In this document: positions 1 through 9,483 of the stretch, piece by piece
Layout: each line of letters opens with the position of its first letter
Position numbering within the stretch: position 1 is the first letter of the stretch
Assembly (NCBI GenBank): GCA_965218295.1
Contig: CBDCKN010000004.1
Location: 1-30,932, forward strand
Direction of reading: 5' to 3'
Source: Longimicrobiales bacterium
GTDB lineage: Bacteria; Gemmatimonadota; Gemmatimonadetes; Longimicrobiales; Gaopeijiaceae
Length of the DNA: 30,932 nucleotides
Notes under the pieces: model-generated
Database searches by the model: none
What the model was told of the DNA's origin: nothing
The model's input: only the letters and a program-made list of their open reading frames with translations
Position numbers and translations under genes: made by a program

Positions 1-61
1 GACCCAGCGAGGTCGCGTCGAGGGCGAGCACACCCCCGAGGGCCGAGAGGAGCAGCGTCAC
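1..61 (-). CDS. PTS mannose/fructose/sorbose-family IIC component, 5' part (runs off the window)
   Basis: Manual translation from GTG at 61: VTLLLSALGGVLALDATSLG, a hydrophobic EIIC-Man-like N-terminus directly downstream of IIB. Confidence 0.7.
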   Translation of the reverse strand, partial: MTLLLSALGGVLALDATSLG

Positions 62-65
62 GACG

Positions 66-546
66 TCAGCCTAGCAAAGACGTCAAGTCGACGGCCCGGC
101 TGTTCGGCAGGTCGCGAGCGGACACCATAGCCCCCGCGTCTTCCAAGGCCTTCAGGCCCGCCTCGTCCTCGGAGCCGAGAAAGACGTAGGGCAACCGCTC
201 GGTGCGGCCTGGCGCATGGTGGACCCCTCCCACGTTCACTTCCCGTCCTCGGAGAGCTCCTCCGGCCGCCAGGCCCGTCATCGCCGAGACCGAGCGGGTC
301 AAGACGACAGCATGCCGGGGGTCGGACTCGAGGTCCTCGAGACGAGCTGCGGCCTCAACCACGGAGAGGAACTCGGCCGTGGCCGTTTCCGGGAGGCCCA
401 GGCGATACAGATCCTGCTCCCACTCACTGTTGGCCAGCTCGTCGTCGACCAACATGTAGTGCTCCGGCCGCAGCTCGGGCCCCCACCCCCATGACCACCT
501 GGCCATGGATGAGACGCTCGTCGATACGGTAGAGCACGACAGGCAT
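66..546 (-). CDS. PTS mannose-family IIB component (apparent +1 frameshift in G run at 486-490)
   Basis: ATG at 546 gives MPVVLYRIDERLIHGQVVMG (EIIB-Man phospho-His motif); continues in the ORF-track frame as WGPELRP...VNVGGVHH. Confidence 0.88.
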
Positions 547-547
547 G

Positions 548-943
548 CTACTGGTGTGCCGGGACGCTCTTGACGCTGTCCCTGCCCTTCTCGAGGAGGC
601 GGGGGACCAACTCGTCTAGGGGGAGATTTCGATGGAACACGAAGTCGAGGAGCATGGCCAGGTTCATCCCGAAGACGACGGCCCGTCGGCCGTTGTCCCG
701 GCAGGTGAGCTGAGCCGTCAGCGCGCAGCTCCCGGTACACAGGTCGGTGAACACGACGGCCGGAGCGTCGCCCACCAGCTCGTCGACCTGCTCCGCCAGA
801 CCCTGGGGATCGCATCCTTCGTTGCTGAGCGCCACCAGGGCGCCCTCTTGCAGACCGGCGATCTTGCTCACCGCGTCCACCATTCCCTCAGCCATTTTGC
901 CGTGGCTGAGCAGCACACCCCGGACCTGGGGATCCTCACTCAT
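548..943 (-). CDS. PTS mannose-family IIA component
   Basis: GVLLSHG phospho-His motif, VFTDLxxGS, GMNLAMLLD. Confidence 0.92.
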   Translation of the reverse strand: MSEDPQVRGVLLSHGKMAEGMVDAVSKIAGLQEGALVALSNEGCDPQGLAEQVDELVGDAPAVVFTDLCTGSCALTAQLTCRDNGRRAVVFGMNLAMLLDFVFHRNLPLDELVPRLLEKGRDSVKSVPAHQ

Positions 944-1927
944 AATCCTGCTCGAGGTACTCCCGGACGGGCCGCATGGCGTCCTGGAGCCGGATGTTGA
1001 AGGCGGCAGCGGGATCCACTCCCGAGTACTTGAGGAGGTGGTTCATCGCCACGACTTCCGAGATGACGGTGATGTTCTTCCCCGGATTCAGGGGAATCGT
1101 GACCTTGGGCACGCGAACCCCCAGGATCTCCATCTCCTCCGCGTCCAGCCCGGTGCGGCTGTACACGGTCTGCTCGTCCCATGTCTCGAGTTGGACCACG
1201 ACCTCGATCCGCTTTTGCTGGCGTATCGCCCGAATGCCGAACAGGCCCTTAATGTCGATAATGCCGAGCCCGCGGATCTCCATATGGTGGCCCTGGAGCT
1301 CGTGGCCCTCGCCGAGGAGCACGTCGGGTCCCCGCCTCGACACGATGATGAGATCGTCGGCCACCAGCCGGTGCCCGCGCTCCACCAGGTCGAGCACGCA
1401 CTCGCTCTTGCCCACGCCGCTTTGGCCGACGAAGAGGAGTCCTATGCCGTACACGTCCGCCAGCGAGCCGTGGAGATGAGTGCGCGGGGCGAGGACGGCG
1501 TCGAGGTACGGCTTGATCCGCCAGTAGAACTCCTTGGTGCTCAGGCGCGAGCGGAGAACCGGAATCCCGTGCTCCGTCGCCACGTCGAGGAATCCCACCG
1601 AGACCGTGAGCCCCTTGGTCACGAATGCGGCCGAATGTCGAACTGGAGGACGCCCCCGACCCGCTGGCGCACCTCGTCATCGGCCAGGGACTCGAGGTAG
1701 GAGATCTCGGTTTCGCCAAAGACCTGCATGCGGCCCTCGACGAAACGCTGGGTAAACCCGGACAGGGCGATTCCCGGACTCGAGACGTCCGAGTCCGTGA
1801 CCTCACGGTCGAGGGAGACGCCGGGGTTCAGCACCTCCAGATGAAGGGATTCCCCCCTATCCTCGAGGAGCCTCTCAACCGTGAGGCTGGCTTGCGCCTC
1901 CGAGAGGTCGGCCGAATCCTTGGTCAA
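936..1927 (-). CDS. hprK: HPr(Ser) kinase/phosphorylase (apparent frameshift near 1630-1636)
   Basis: Split over ORFs 1619..1927 (SSPGIALSGF, RMQVFGETE) and 936..1622 (Walker A GQSGVGKSE, LVADD, HHMEIRGLGII, PGKNI). Confidence 0.93.
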
Positions 1928-1934
1928 ATCCAGC

Positions 1935-2261
1935 CTACTCCTCGACGAGAGCGTCTGAGAGCTTCTGAGCCTGGTGATTCCTGTTCTGCTGATGACGCCG
2001 TCGGAGCTGACGGGTCAGGCGCTCCATCATCTGATGGAGAGCCGAACGAAAATCGTCCGCCTCGCCCGACGCGACCACGGGGTCGCCTCGATCGACGTGG
2101 ATGATTCCCTCGACGGTTTTCGAGCGCTTTCCTTCATCGAACACGACCTCGGCTGCTGAGACACGAGATTCATATTTGGTGAGCTTCATCAAGACTTTTT
2201 CTGCGCGCTCGCGCAGCGCATCCGGAAGGTTGGTGTGACGTGACGTGATTCGAATCTCCAT
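1935..2261 (-). CDS. hpf: Ribosome hibernation promoting factor (HPF/RaiA, short form)
   Basis: MEIRITSRH...ALRERAEKVLMKLTKY, 108 aa, upstream of hprK; GGAGGT RBS. Confidence 0.88.
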   Translation of the reverse strand: MEIRITSRHTNLPDALRERAEKVLMKLTKYESRVSAAEVVFDEGKRSKTVEGIIHVDRGDPVVASGEADDFRSALHQMMERLTRQLRRRHQQNRNHQAQKLSDALVEE

Positions 2262-2338
2262 GCCACCTCCCTAAGGTGCATCGTCCTGCGGGTCGAAGCG
2301 ACCACAGGGCACTCCGCCTGGATAAGGTACCCAGGGCC

Positions 2339-3451
2339 TCATTCCTCAGCTACCCGAGCTTCGAGGAATTGCTCCATGACGCGGGCAGACGCATCCCAGC
2401 TGAATCCCTCCGCAAACTCCCTGCCTCTCTCGCCCATCCGAGATCGAAGCTCCTCGCTTTCCAGGAGCTCTGCAATCCGGTCCGCCAGACGGCCTACGTC
2501 TCCGTGGGGAACCAGGTACCCGGTCCGCCCGTCGACGACCGAATCGCGCAGTCCGGGCGAGTCGCTGGCCACTGTGGGCGTCCCACAGGCTGCAGCCTCC
2601 AGGTTCGCGATGCCCCACCCTTCCTTGGGTGAGGTCAGCACGTGGACCCAGCTCTGCCTGAGCAGCTCCACCTTCTTGGTCTCGGACACGAATCCGAGGA
2701 ACTCGACCCTATCTTCCAGAGCCAAGGTGGCCCGGAGCGCCTTCAACCGGTCCTTGTGGTCCCCCTGCCCGGCGACGAGAAGCCGGCACGACACGCCGCG
2801 CTCCGCAAGGGTCGCCACCGCCTGCATGACGAGATCGACCCGCTTGTAGCGCTTCAGGCGCCCCAGGTACAGGAGTGTGGGCTCCTCGAAGCGATCCTCG
2901 GGATGGCCCGGTGCCAGCGTCTCCAGGTCGACCCCGTTCGGGATGATCTCCATGAGATCCCTATGGAGCCCGCGCCGCACCAGATCCTGGGCCGTGCTCT
3001 GCGAGACCACTGCCGTAGGGACGTCGCTGAAGACCCGTGGTATGGGCATCTCCAGCAGCCAGGTGGCCGCGGCAACGGGAAGCGACGCCTCGCGGAAGGC
3101 CGTGGTCCCGAAGAGGTGGTGCACCACGAGGACGACGGGAGCGTCGACCCACCACGGAGAGAAGAATGGCACCTTGTTCAGGTCCTCGACCACCACGTCG
3201 AACTCCCGGTCCCGCAGATGACGCCTGTAATACGCCGACGCCGCGAGGGCGAGCGTGTGGCGGCCTCCGGTCCGGTGAACCTCGATCCCCGCGATGTTCG
3301 TCGTGGTCGCGGCTCCCGGCCACGCGGAGCACAGGAGTGTGACGGAATGTCCCCTCTCCACCAGCCTTCTGAAGATCTCCAGAAGGTGGACTTCCGCGCC
3401 GCCCGCCTGGGGATTCTCAGGATCGAGCCAGTTGAGAACGAGCACGTTCAC
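2339..3451 (-). CDS. Glycosyltransferase family 4 (GT-B)
   Basis: Probable GTG start at 3451 (VNVLVLNWLDPENPQAGGAE); YLGRLKRYKRVD; EGWGIANLEAAACGTP (ExF/W..E motif). Confidence 0.9.
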   Translation of the reverse strand: MNVLVLNWLDPENPQAGGAEVHLLEIFRRLVERGHSVTLLCSAWPGAATTTNIAGIEVHRTGGRHTLALAASAYYRRHLRDREFDVVVEDLNKVPFFSPWWVDAPVVLVVHHLFGTTAFREASLPVAAATWLLEMPIPRVFSDVPTAVVSQSTAQDLVRRGLHRDLMEIIPNGVDLETLAPGHPEDRFEEPTLLYLGRLKRYKRVDLVMQAVATLAERGVSCRLLVAGQGDHKDRLKALRATLALEDRVEFLGFVSETKKVELLRQSWVHVLTSPKEGWGIANLEAAACGTPTVASDSPGLRDSVVDGRTGYLVPHGDVGRLADRIAELLESEELRSRMGERGREFAEGFSWDASARVMEQFLEARVAEE

Positions 3452-3467
3452 GAGCCGAGGCCCCGAA

Positions 3468-3914
3468 TCAGCCGGCGGTTCGCTTGTACAGGGCGTCGAG
3501 CACGCCGTTGACGAACCGCGGGGAGTCGGCACCGCCGTACCCCTCCGCCAGCCTCACCGCCTCCTGGATCGACACCTTGGGTGGGACGTCGTCGAAGTGG
3601 GTGATCTCCACTGCGGCGATCCGGAGGACGGCTCGATCGAGGAAGGAGAGCCGGTCGATGCGCCAGTTGTCCAGAGCCTCACTGAGCACCGTGTCGACTT
3701 CGGGTCCGTGTTCGTCCAGCGCGGTCAGCAACCGCCGGATGTAGGGCAGACGAGCCGGCGCAATCCGGCGGGTAGCGACCGTGTCCTCCAACGTCTGGGC
3801 CAGTGTGCCGCTCTTGTCGCCGACCTCCCAACGGTAGTGGATCTGTAGCGCCCAGGCCCGAGCACGGGTCCTGTCGATCCGCCGGGGCGCGTCGTGGGTG
3901 ACGGCCCGGCCCAC
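3468..3914 (-). CDS. nusB: Transcription antitermination factor NusB
   Basis: RTRARAWALQ, NWRIDRLSFLDRAVLR, VPPKVSIQEAVRLA, SPRFVNGVLD; follows ribH. Confidence 0.95.
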   Translation of the reverse strand: MGRAVTHDAPRRIDRTRARAWALQIHYRWEVGDKSGTLAQTLEDTVATRRIAPARLPYIRRLLTALDEHGPEVDTVLSEALDNWRIDRLSFLDRAVLRIAAVEITHFDDVPPKVSIQEAVRLAEGYGGADSPRFVNGVLDALYKRTAG

Positions 3915-4400
3915 TACTCCTCCAACCCGGCGTACAGGGCCACCATGTAAAGAGCGCTCAGGGCGACCTCACGTCCCTTGTCGTCCTCGTCCCTGGAGGC
4001 CCGTGCCCAGGCCTGCTCGTGCGTGTCCGTCGTGAGCACTCCGAAGAGGAGCGGCACGTCCAGGGTCCGTGCCACGGCTCCGAGCCCCTGGCTGGCCTCA
4101 CCGGCCACGAACTCGAAGTGGGCCGTCTCGCCGCGTATGACGCATCCCAGGGCGATGATGGCGTCGTGCCGGCCCAGGGAGGCCACTCTTCGGGCGGTTT
4201 GGGGGAGCTCCCAGGCGCCGGGCACCCAGTAGACGTCCACGTCGTTGGGGAGCACACCGATTTCGCTGAGGCCGGCCCGGCAGCCCTCCACCAGCTCCGT
4301 GCTGGACGTCTCCGTTGAATCGGGCGGCGATTACGGCAATCCGCCGCCCCTCCGCCGAAGGAGGGTCGGGAAGGTGACTCCCGGATTCGGTGCTCCGCAT
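3914..4400 (-). CDS. ribH: 6,7-dimethyl-8-ribityllumazine synthase (apparent frameshift near 4300-4306)
   Basis: N-part RIAVIAARFN in one frame; VPGAWELP, ALGCVIRGETAHFEFV, FGVLTTD in the next. Confidence 0.93.
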
Positions 4401-4419
4401 GCTAATGGCCGGTCCGCAT

Positions 4420-5628
4420 CTAAAGCAGGTGCCCCAGCTTGGAGCGCTTGGTGGCCAGGTACTCCTGGTTGTGCTCGCCGGGATTCACGTAGAGCGGCTC
4501 TCGGCCCGTGATCTTCAGGTTGTACCCCTCCAGCCCGACGATCTTGCGGGGGTTGTTGGTCAACAGGCGGATCTTGTTGAGGCCCAGGTCCAAGAGGATC
4601 TGTGCGCCGATACCGTAATCCCGAAGGTCCGGCTTGAAGCCCAGCGCCCGGTTGGCCTCCACCGTGTCGTGGCCCTGATCCTGTAGCTCGTACGCCCGGA
4701 TCTTGTTGTGGAGGCCGATCCCTCTCCCTTCCTGCTTGAGGTAGACGATGGCGCCGCGGCCGGCCTCGGAGATCTGCCGCATGGCGGCCTCCAGCTGCTG
4801 GCCGCAGTCACAACGGACCGACCCGAACACGTCGCCTGTGAGGCACTCCGAGTGCATACGCACCAGGACGTCGTCCTTCCCCTCGATGTCGCCCTTTACC
4901 AGGGCGACGTGCTCCCGATCGTCGAGGTAGCTCTCGTACGCGATGATGCGGAAGGCACCGAACTCGGTGGGGAGCTCCGCCTCGGCGATCCTCGCTACAA
5001 TGCGCTCTTTGGCCAGGCGATACGAAACGAGCTGGGCCACCGTGATGAACCTGAGGCCGTGCTCCTGTGCGTAGAGCTCGAGCTGGGGCCGACGGGCCAT
5101 GGTCCCGTCTGGGTTGAGGATTTCGCAGATGACTCCCACAGGCGGAAGGCCCGCTATCCTGGCGAGATCGACGGCGGCTTCGGTCTGGCCTACCCGACGA
5201 AGGACGCCCCCGGGGCGGGCCTTGAGGGGGAAGATATGGCCCGGACGTCTCAGATCGCCGGGACGCGTGTTCGGGTCCACCAGGACCTGGATGGTCTTTG
5301 CCCGATCGTGGGCGCTGATGCCGGTGGTGACCCCGAAGCGCTGGTGGGCGTCCACGGAGATCGTGAAGGCGGTCCCCTGGGGATCGCTGTTCTCGTCGGT
5401 CATGAGGGCGAGGCCCAGCTCCTCCGCCCGCGGCGGAGTGAGGGCCACGCAGATCAGGCCTCGCCCGAACTGCGTCATGAAATTCACCGTCTGGGGCGAA
5501 ATCAGGGATGCCGCGCAGACCAGGTCTCCCTCGTTCTCGCGGTCCTCGTCGTCGGCAACAATGATGAGCTTGCCCTGTCGGATGTCCTCCAGGGCCGCTT
5601 CGACGCGATCGAACGGCATCCCAGGCAC
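4420..5628 (-). CDS. ribBA: Bifunctional DHBP synthase / GTP cyclohydrolase II
   Basis: DDEDRENEGDL, RPGHIFPL, RMHSECLTGDVFGSVRCDCG, QEGRGIGL, LLTNNPRK; start may be ATG at 5619. Confidence 0.97.
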   Translation of the reverse strand: MPGMPFDRVEAALEDIRQGKLIIVADDEDRENEGDLVCAASLISPQTVNFMTQFGRGLICVALTPPRAEELGLALMTDENSDPQGTAFTISVDAHQRFGVTTGISAHDRAKTIQVLVDPNTRPGDLRRPGHIFPLKARPGGVLRRVGQTEAAVDLARIAGLPPVGVICEILNPDGTMARRPQLELYAQEHGLRFITVAQLVSYRLAKERIVARIAEAELPTEFGAFRIIAYESYLDDREHVALVKGDIEGKDDVLVRMHSECLTGDVFGSVRCDCGQQLEAAMRQISEAGRGAIVYLKQEGRGIGLHNKIRAYELQDQGHDTVEANRALGFKPDLRDYGIGAQILLDLGLNKIRLLTNNPRKIVGLEGYNLKITGREPLYVNPGEHNQEYLATKRSKLGHLL

Positions 5629-5711
5629 TCCTCCTTCACGTTGAAACCGGTGGCGACCGATCCGCCATCCATCCAGCGAAAGCGGCGCGCCAGCGCACAG
5701 GAAGTATAGTG

Positions 5712-6311
5712 CTACTCGGCGTCGGGGAGCATCCTCCGCACGTATTTTCCGATCATGTCACCCTCGACGTTTACCGGGTCGCCGAGGTCGAGCCTACCGA
5801 GGTTGGTGTGCTCCCAGGTGAACCGAATGACGCCCACTTGGCAGACGTGACCGTCGAGAAGAGCGTTCACGGTCAGGCTCACGCCGTTGATGGCGATGGA
5901 TCCGTGGAGGATCGACTGGGCCGCGACCTCGGGCGGAACACGGAAGTCGAGCAGCCGGTACTCCCCTTCCTCGGAGACGGCGACCAGCTCCCCTACGCCG
6001 TCCACATGACCCTGTACCAGATGCCCATCCAGACGCCCACCCATGGCGAGTGATCGCTCGAGATTGACCGCGCTGCCCTCCGCGTAGCTCCCCGACACGG
6101 TACGGGACAGGGTAGTACCGATGCTTTGGGCCGTGAACCCGTCCTCCAAAACGGAGACCGCCGTGTGGCAGGCCCCATCCAGGGAGATGGAAGCGCCCGG
6201 AGCCAGATGGTCGAGGATCGCGCTCGCCTCGATGCGGATCTCCCGGGCACCGTCAAGCTCCCGGACGGATCGGACCACACCGACTTCTTCGACGATCCCG
6301 CTGAACATCAT
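5712..6311 (-). CDS. ribE: Riboflavin synthase (alpha chain)
   Basis: MFSGIVEEVG, VNLERS, GHLVQGHVDG, GSIAINGVSLTV. Confidence 0.96.
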   Translation of the reverse strand: MMFSGIVEEVGVVRSVRELDGAREIRIEASAILDHLAPGASISLDGACHTAVSVLEDGFTAQSIGTTLSRTVSGSYAEGSAVNLERSLAMGGRLDGHLVQGHVDGVGELVAVSEEGEYRLLDFRVPPEVAAQSILHGSIAINGVSLTVNALLDGHVCQVGVIRFTWEHTNLGRLDLGDPVNVEGDMIGKYVRRMLPDAE

Positions 6312-7435
6312 GCCTCTCGATCGTACGTGAGAAGGACGTCCGCTCCCAGGCGACGCGGCTCGCCCACAACCCGCCAGCCCGGCCCATCGGGTGTGCCCGT
6401 CGCATCCGGGAATGCCGGGACACCCTGATCTCCGAACGATACGGGTGCTTCGAAAAGGTAAAGCCGCTGCACGAGTCCTTCACGTATTAAAGCGCTTGCC
6501 AGCTTCCCTCCGCCTTCACAGAGAATCGAAGTGAGCCCCAGCTCCCAGCACGAGACCAGGGCTCGCTCAAGGTGGACGCGCCCACCGTCTTCGGGGAGGA
6601 CTTCCACCCGGGCCCCCACCCCTTCCAGCTCCCGAATCCGATCCGGCGGAGCCGACGGCGTGACCAGAATCAGGACCGGCGCCTCAGTGACGGTCCGCAG
6701 GAGCTGGGCCTCGGGCGAGATCCGACATCTGGAGTCTACGACGACACGGGTGGGTGTCACCCGCGGCTCGACACCGTGACGAACGGTGAGGAGGGGGTCG
6801 TCCACGCAGGCGGTCTCCGCACCGACCAGGATGGCGTCGAACCCACTCCTGAGGTGGTGCACCTCCCGGTTCGCCTCCGCTCCCGTCAGGGCGGTCCGTT
6901 CGCCGATTCCGGCGGCAATCCGTCCATCTCGGCTCACGGCCAGCTTCACGGCGAGATAGGTCCGGCCGTGATCCGTCGTGTGGAAGAACGCCGGATCCAC
7001 GTCGCGGCCCAGGGCAGGATCGGACGAGGGGCCCGAGACCTCCACGCCGGCGTTGGACAGGCGGCGACGGCTCCCGGCCGCCTCTGCACCCGGATCGGCG
7101 GCGCCGAACACCACACGGCTCACTCCGGCGTCCAGGAGGGCGTCGGTACAGGGCGGCGTCTTTCCGTAGTGGTTACACGGCTCTAGGGTCACGTAGGCGG
7201 TGGCGTTCCGTGCGCCCTCCCCTGCCGCGCTCAGTGCGTTCACCTCGGCGTGGAGCCCTCCGAACTCTTCATGCCAGCCCTCGCCGACGATCACCCCATC
7301 CTTGACCAGAACGCACCCGACCATGGGGTTCGGGCGCACACGACCCCAGCCCCTCCTCGCCAGTGTGGCAGCTCGGGCCAGCCACTCCCGCTCCGGATCG
7401 ACGGGAGACGCGCTCGGTTCGGCGGCGTCCTTCAT
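6308..7435 (-). CDS. ribD: Riboflavin biosynthesis deaminase/reductase
   Basis: PNPMVGCV, HAE, TLEPCNHYGKTPPC, DDPLLTVR, CEGGGKLA. Confidence 0.96.
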   Translation of the reverse strand: MKDAAEPSASPVDPEREWLARAATLARRGWGRVRPNPMVGCVLVKDGVIVGEGWHEEFGGLHAEVNALSAAGEGARNATAYVTLEPCNHYGKTPPCTDALLDAGVSRVVFGAADPGAEAAGSRRRLSNAGVEVSGPSSDPALGRDVDPAFFHTTDHGRTYLAVKLAVSRDGRIAAGIGERTALTGAEANREVHHLRSGFDAILVGAETACVDDPLLTVRHGVEPRVTPTRVVVDSRCRISPEAQLLRTVTEAPVLILVTPSAPPDRIRELEGVGARVEVLPEDGGRVHLERALVSCWELGLTSILCEGGGKLASALIREGLVQRLYLFEAPVSFGDQGVPAFPDATGTPDGPGWRVVGEPRRLGADVLLTYDREA

Positions 7436-7468
7436 CGGGTCGCGTCCTGCATCGAGTCGGGCCGGTCG

Positions 7469-8446
7469 TCAGATGGTGAGCCTGAACGCAAGGTTCACGA
7501 ACGTGCTGATGCTGCCCGGGTCGTACGCGCCCTGGTAGCCGGCCAGATCATCGAATCCGCCGGCCCAGCCCGCCTCCAGCGAAAGCTGGAAGATGAGGCG
7601 CGTCAACGACGCCCCTACGTAGTACACCGTCCGGCGTTTGGTCAGGTCCTGGGCCACGACGATCCCTTGCCCTCCGGGAACGCCCGGATCGGCCACCCGA
7701 ACTCCGAAGTCACCCTTCTGCCAGTCGAACCCGGCCCCCACCAGAAAGGCTAGGGCGACCAAGTCCTTGCCGATGGTCGCCCGTAGCGACGTGGCGGCGA
7801 CGTCCGTATCCAGCTGAGCGCCGGTCTCGCCCACCCCACCCCAGCTCAGATCTTCACCGAAGTGCTGCACGAGCGAGACGGTAACGCCCGGCATGGTGAA
7901 TGACTCACGGAGCAGGCCCAACCGGCCGCCAACGGAGATCAACCCCTCGTTCTCGGTGAAGCCGTCGTCCTCTTGAAGGAACAAGAGGTTCAACGATGCC
8001 AGCACATCCAGGGAGAGGAAGCCTCCCACGGTGGGCAGGACCGAGAACCCGTCCAGGACGCCCGCCGCCACGGTGGCCTTCATGCCATACGCCACCACGG
8101 TCGTCTTGTCGGGCAGGGCTGCCCCATCCCCCAGGATGTCAGGGATGTCGAACACGGCGACCTTGAGGCGTGCTGCCACGGTGACGCGGGGGGTCCGTCC
8201 TAACCGTCGCCCCAGCGTGCTGGACGTCCCCGCGAGCTCGACCCCCATGGCGTCGGCGATGGAGATCCCCCCTCGGATGGCTTGGGCGGCCAGAATGGTG
8301 CTCTGGCACGGTGCCACCAGCGCTGCGGACCCCGCGGCGGCGCACGATGCCACGATCCCACTCAGGTCCTGGGCGGCGGCCGGTACGTTCGAGCCTAACA
8401 GGCCCACAGCCAACCCGAGGATGCACCGCCCCGAGGTCCGCTTCAC
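7469..8446 (-). CDS. Hypothetical exported protein, probable outer-membrane beta-barrel
   Basis: GTG at 8446 overlaps purM stop; signal peptide ending PAAA-Q; alternating amphipathic strands; C-terminus FVNLAFRLTI. Confidence 0.65.
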   Translation of the reverse strand: MKRTSGRCILGLAVGLLGSNVPAAAQDLSGIVASCAAAGSAALVAPCQSTILAAQAIRGGISIADAMGVELAGTSSTLGRRLGRTPRVTVAARLKVAVFDIPDILGDGAALPDKTTVVAYGMKATVAAGVLDGFSVLPTVGGFLSLDVLASLNLLFLQEDDGFTENEGLISVGGRLGLLRESFTMPGVTVSLVQHFGEDLSWGGVGETGAQLDTDVAATSLRATIGKDLVALAFLVGAGFDWQKGDFGVRVADPGVPGGQGIVVAQDLTKRRTVYYVGASLTRLIFQLSLEAGWAGGFDDLAGYQGAYDPGSISTFVNLAFRLTI

Positions 8447-9483
8447 GCCCACCGTACGCCCTCCCCCACCCCCACCTCCACCTCGCCCATGACCCACGGT
8501 GCCAATCCTCCCGCTCGCAGGGTGGAGAGCACGCTGTCGGCATCCCCCGGCGAGGTCACCACGACCATGCCGACCCCCATGTTGAACACCCGGAGCATCT
8601 CGTCCCGCTCGACCTTGCCGGCCTCTTGCAGGACCCGGAACACGTTGAGCGCCTCCCAGGAAGAGAGATCCACTCGGGCGCCGAGCTCCGTCCCCAGGAT
8701 GCGCGGGAGGTTGCCGGGGATCCCGCCACCCGTGATGTGGGCTAGGCCCCGTATCGTGCCTGTCTCCAGGATGGGCCACAGGGGAGCCAGGTAGCTCCGG
8801 TGAACGTCCAGCAGCACCTCGCCCACGCTCCGCTCCGAGCCGGGGAATCTGTCGTCCACTGTGAGGCCCATGGTGTCGAAGACGACCTTTCGGGCCAGCG
8901 TGTACCCGTTGGTATGGAGGCCCGAGGACTCCAGTCCGATGAGGACGTCGCCCGCCCGCACCCGGGATCCGTCGAGGATCTTGTCCCGCCCCACGATCCC
9001 CACGATGAAGCCTGCCAGGTCGTACTCGTCGGCGGCGTAGAAATCGGGCATCTGGGCCGTCTCGCCCCCCAGCAGCGCGCACCCATTCTCCTTGCACGCC
9101 TGGGCCACCCCGGCGACCACGTCGGAGACCACCACCTCGTCCATAGCCCCAGAGGCGAGATAGTCCAGGAAGAAGAGGGGCCGGGCGCCCTGGACCAGGA
9201 CGTCGTTCACGCAGTGGTTGACCAGGTCCTGCCCCACGGTGTCGTGGCGACCGGCCAGGAAGGCCACCTTCAGCTTGGTCCCCACCCCGTCGGCGCTGGA
9301 GACCAGGACCGGGCTCTCCACGTCCCCGGGCACCGAGTACAGTCCACCGAACAGTCCCAGCTCAGAGAGGGTGTTCTCGTCACGAGTGGACGCCACCAGG
9401 GACTTGAGTCGCTCCTTGGCCCGCTCGGCGGCGTCGAGGTCGACCCCCGCCGCATGGTAGTCCAATCCGGTGCTCTCAGACAT
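8443..9483 (-). CDS. purM: Phosphoribosylformylglycinamidine cyclo-ligase (AIR synthetase)
   Basis: YHAAGVD, DGVGTKL, GGETAQMP, GLHTNGYTL, AHITGGG, FNMGVG. Confidence 0.97.
   Translation of the reverse strand: MSESTGLDYHAAGVDLDAAERAKERLKSLVASTRDENTLSELGLFGGLYSVPGDVESPVLVSSADGVGTKLKVAFLAGRHDTVGQDLVNHCVNDVLVQGARPLFFLDYLASGAMDEVVVSDVVAGVAQACKENGCALLGGETAQMPDFYAADEYDLAGFIVGIVGRDKILDGSRVRAGDVLIGLESSGLHTNGYTLARKVVFDTMGLTVDDRFPGSERSVGEVLLDVHRSYLAPLWPILETGTIRGLAHITGGGIPGNLPRILGTELGARVDLSSWEALNVFRVLQEAGKVERDEMLRVFNMGVGMVVVTSPGDADSVLSTLRAGGLAPWVMGEVEVGVGEGVRWA

Noticed and set aside
66..815. 249-aa ORF as a single protein
   Set aside because: The N-terminal part is an off-frame read of IIA; only the 3' part is real IIB after a frameshift
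8447..9097. N-terminal extension of the 542-aa ORF with a poly-Gly run
   Set aside because: Alternate frame of purM; the real gene starts near 8446 with a signal peptide
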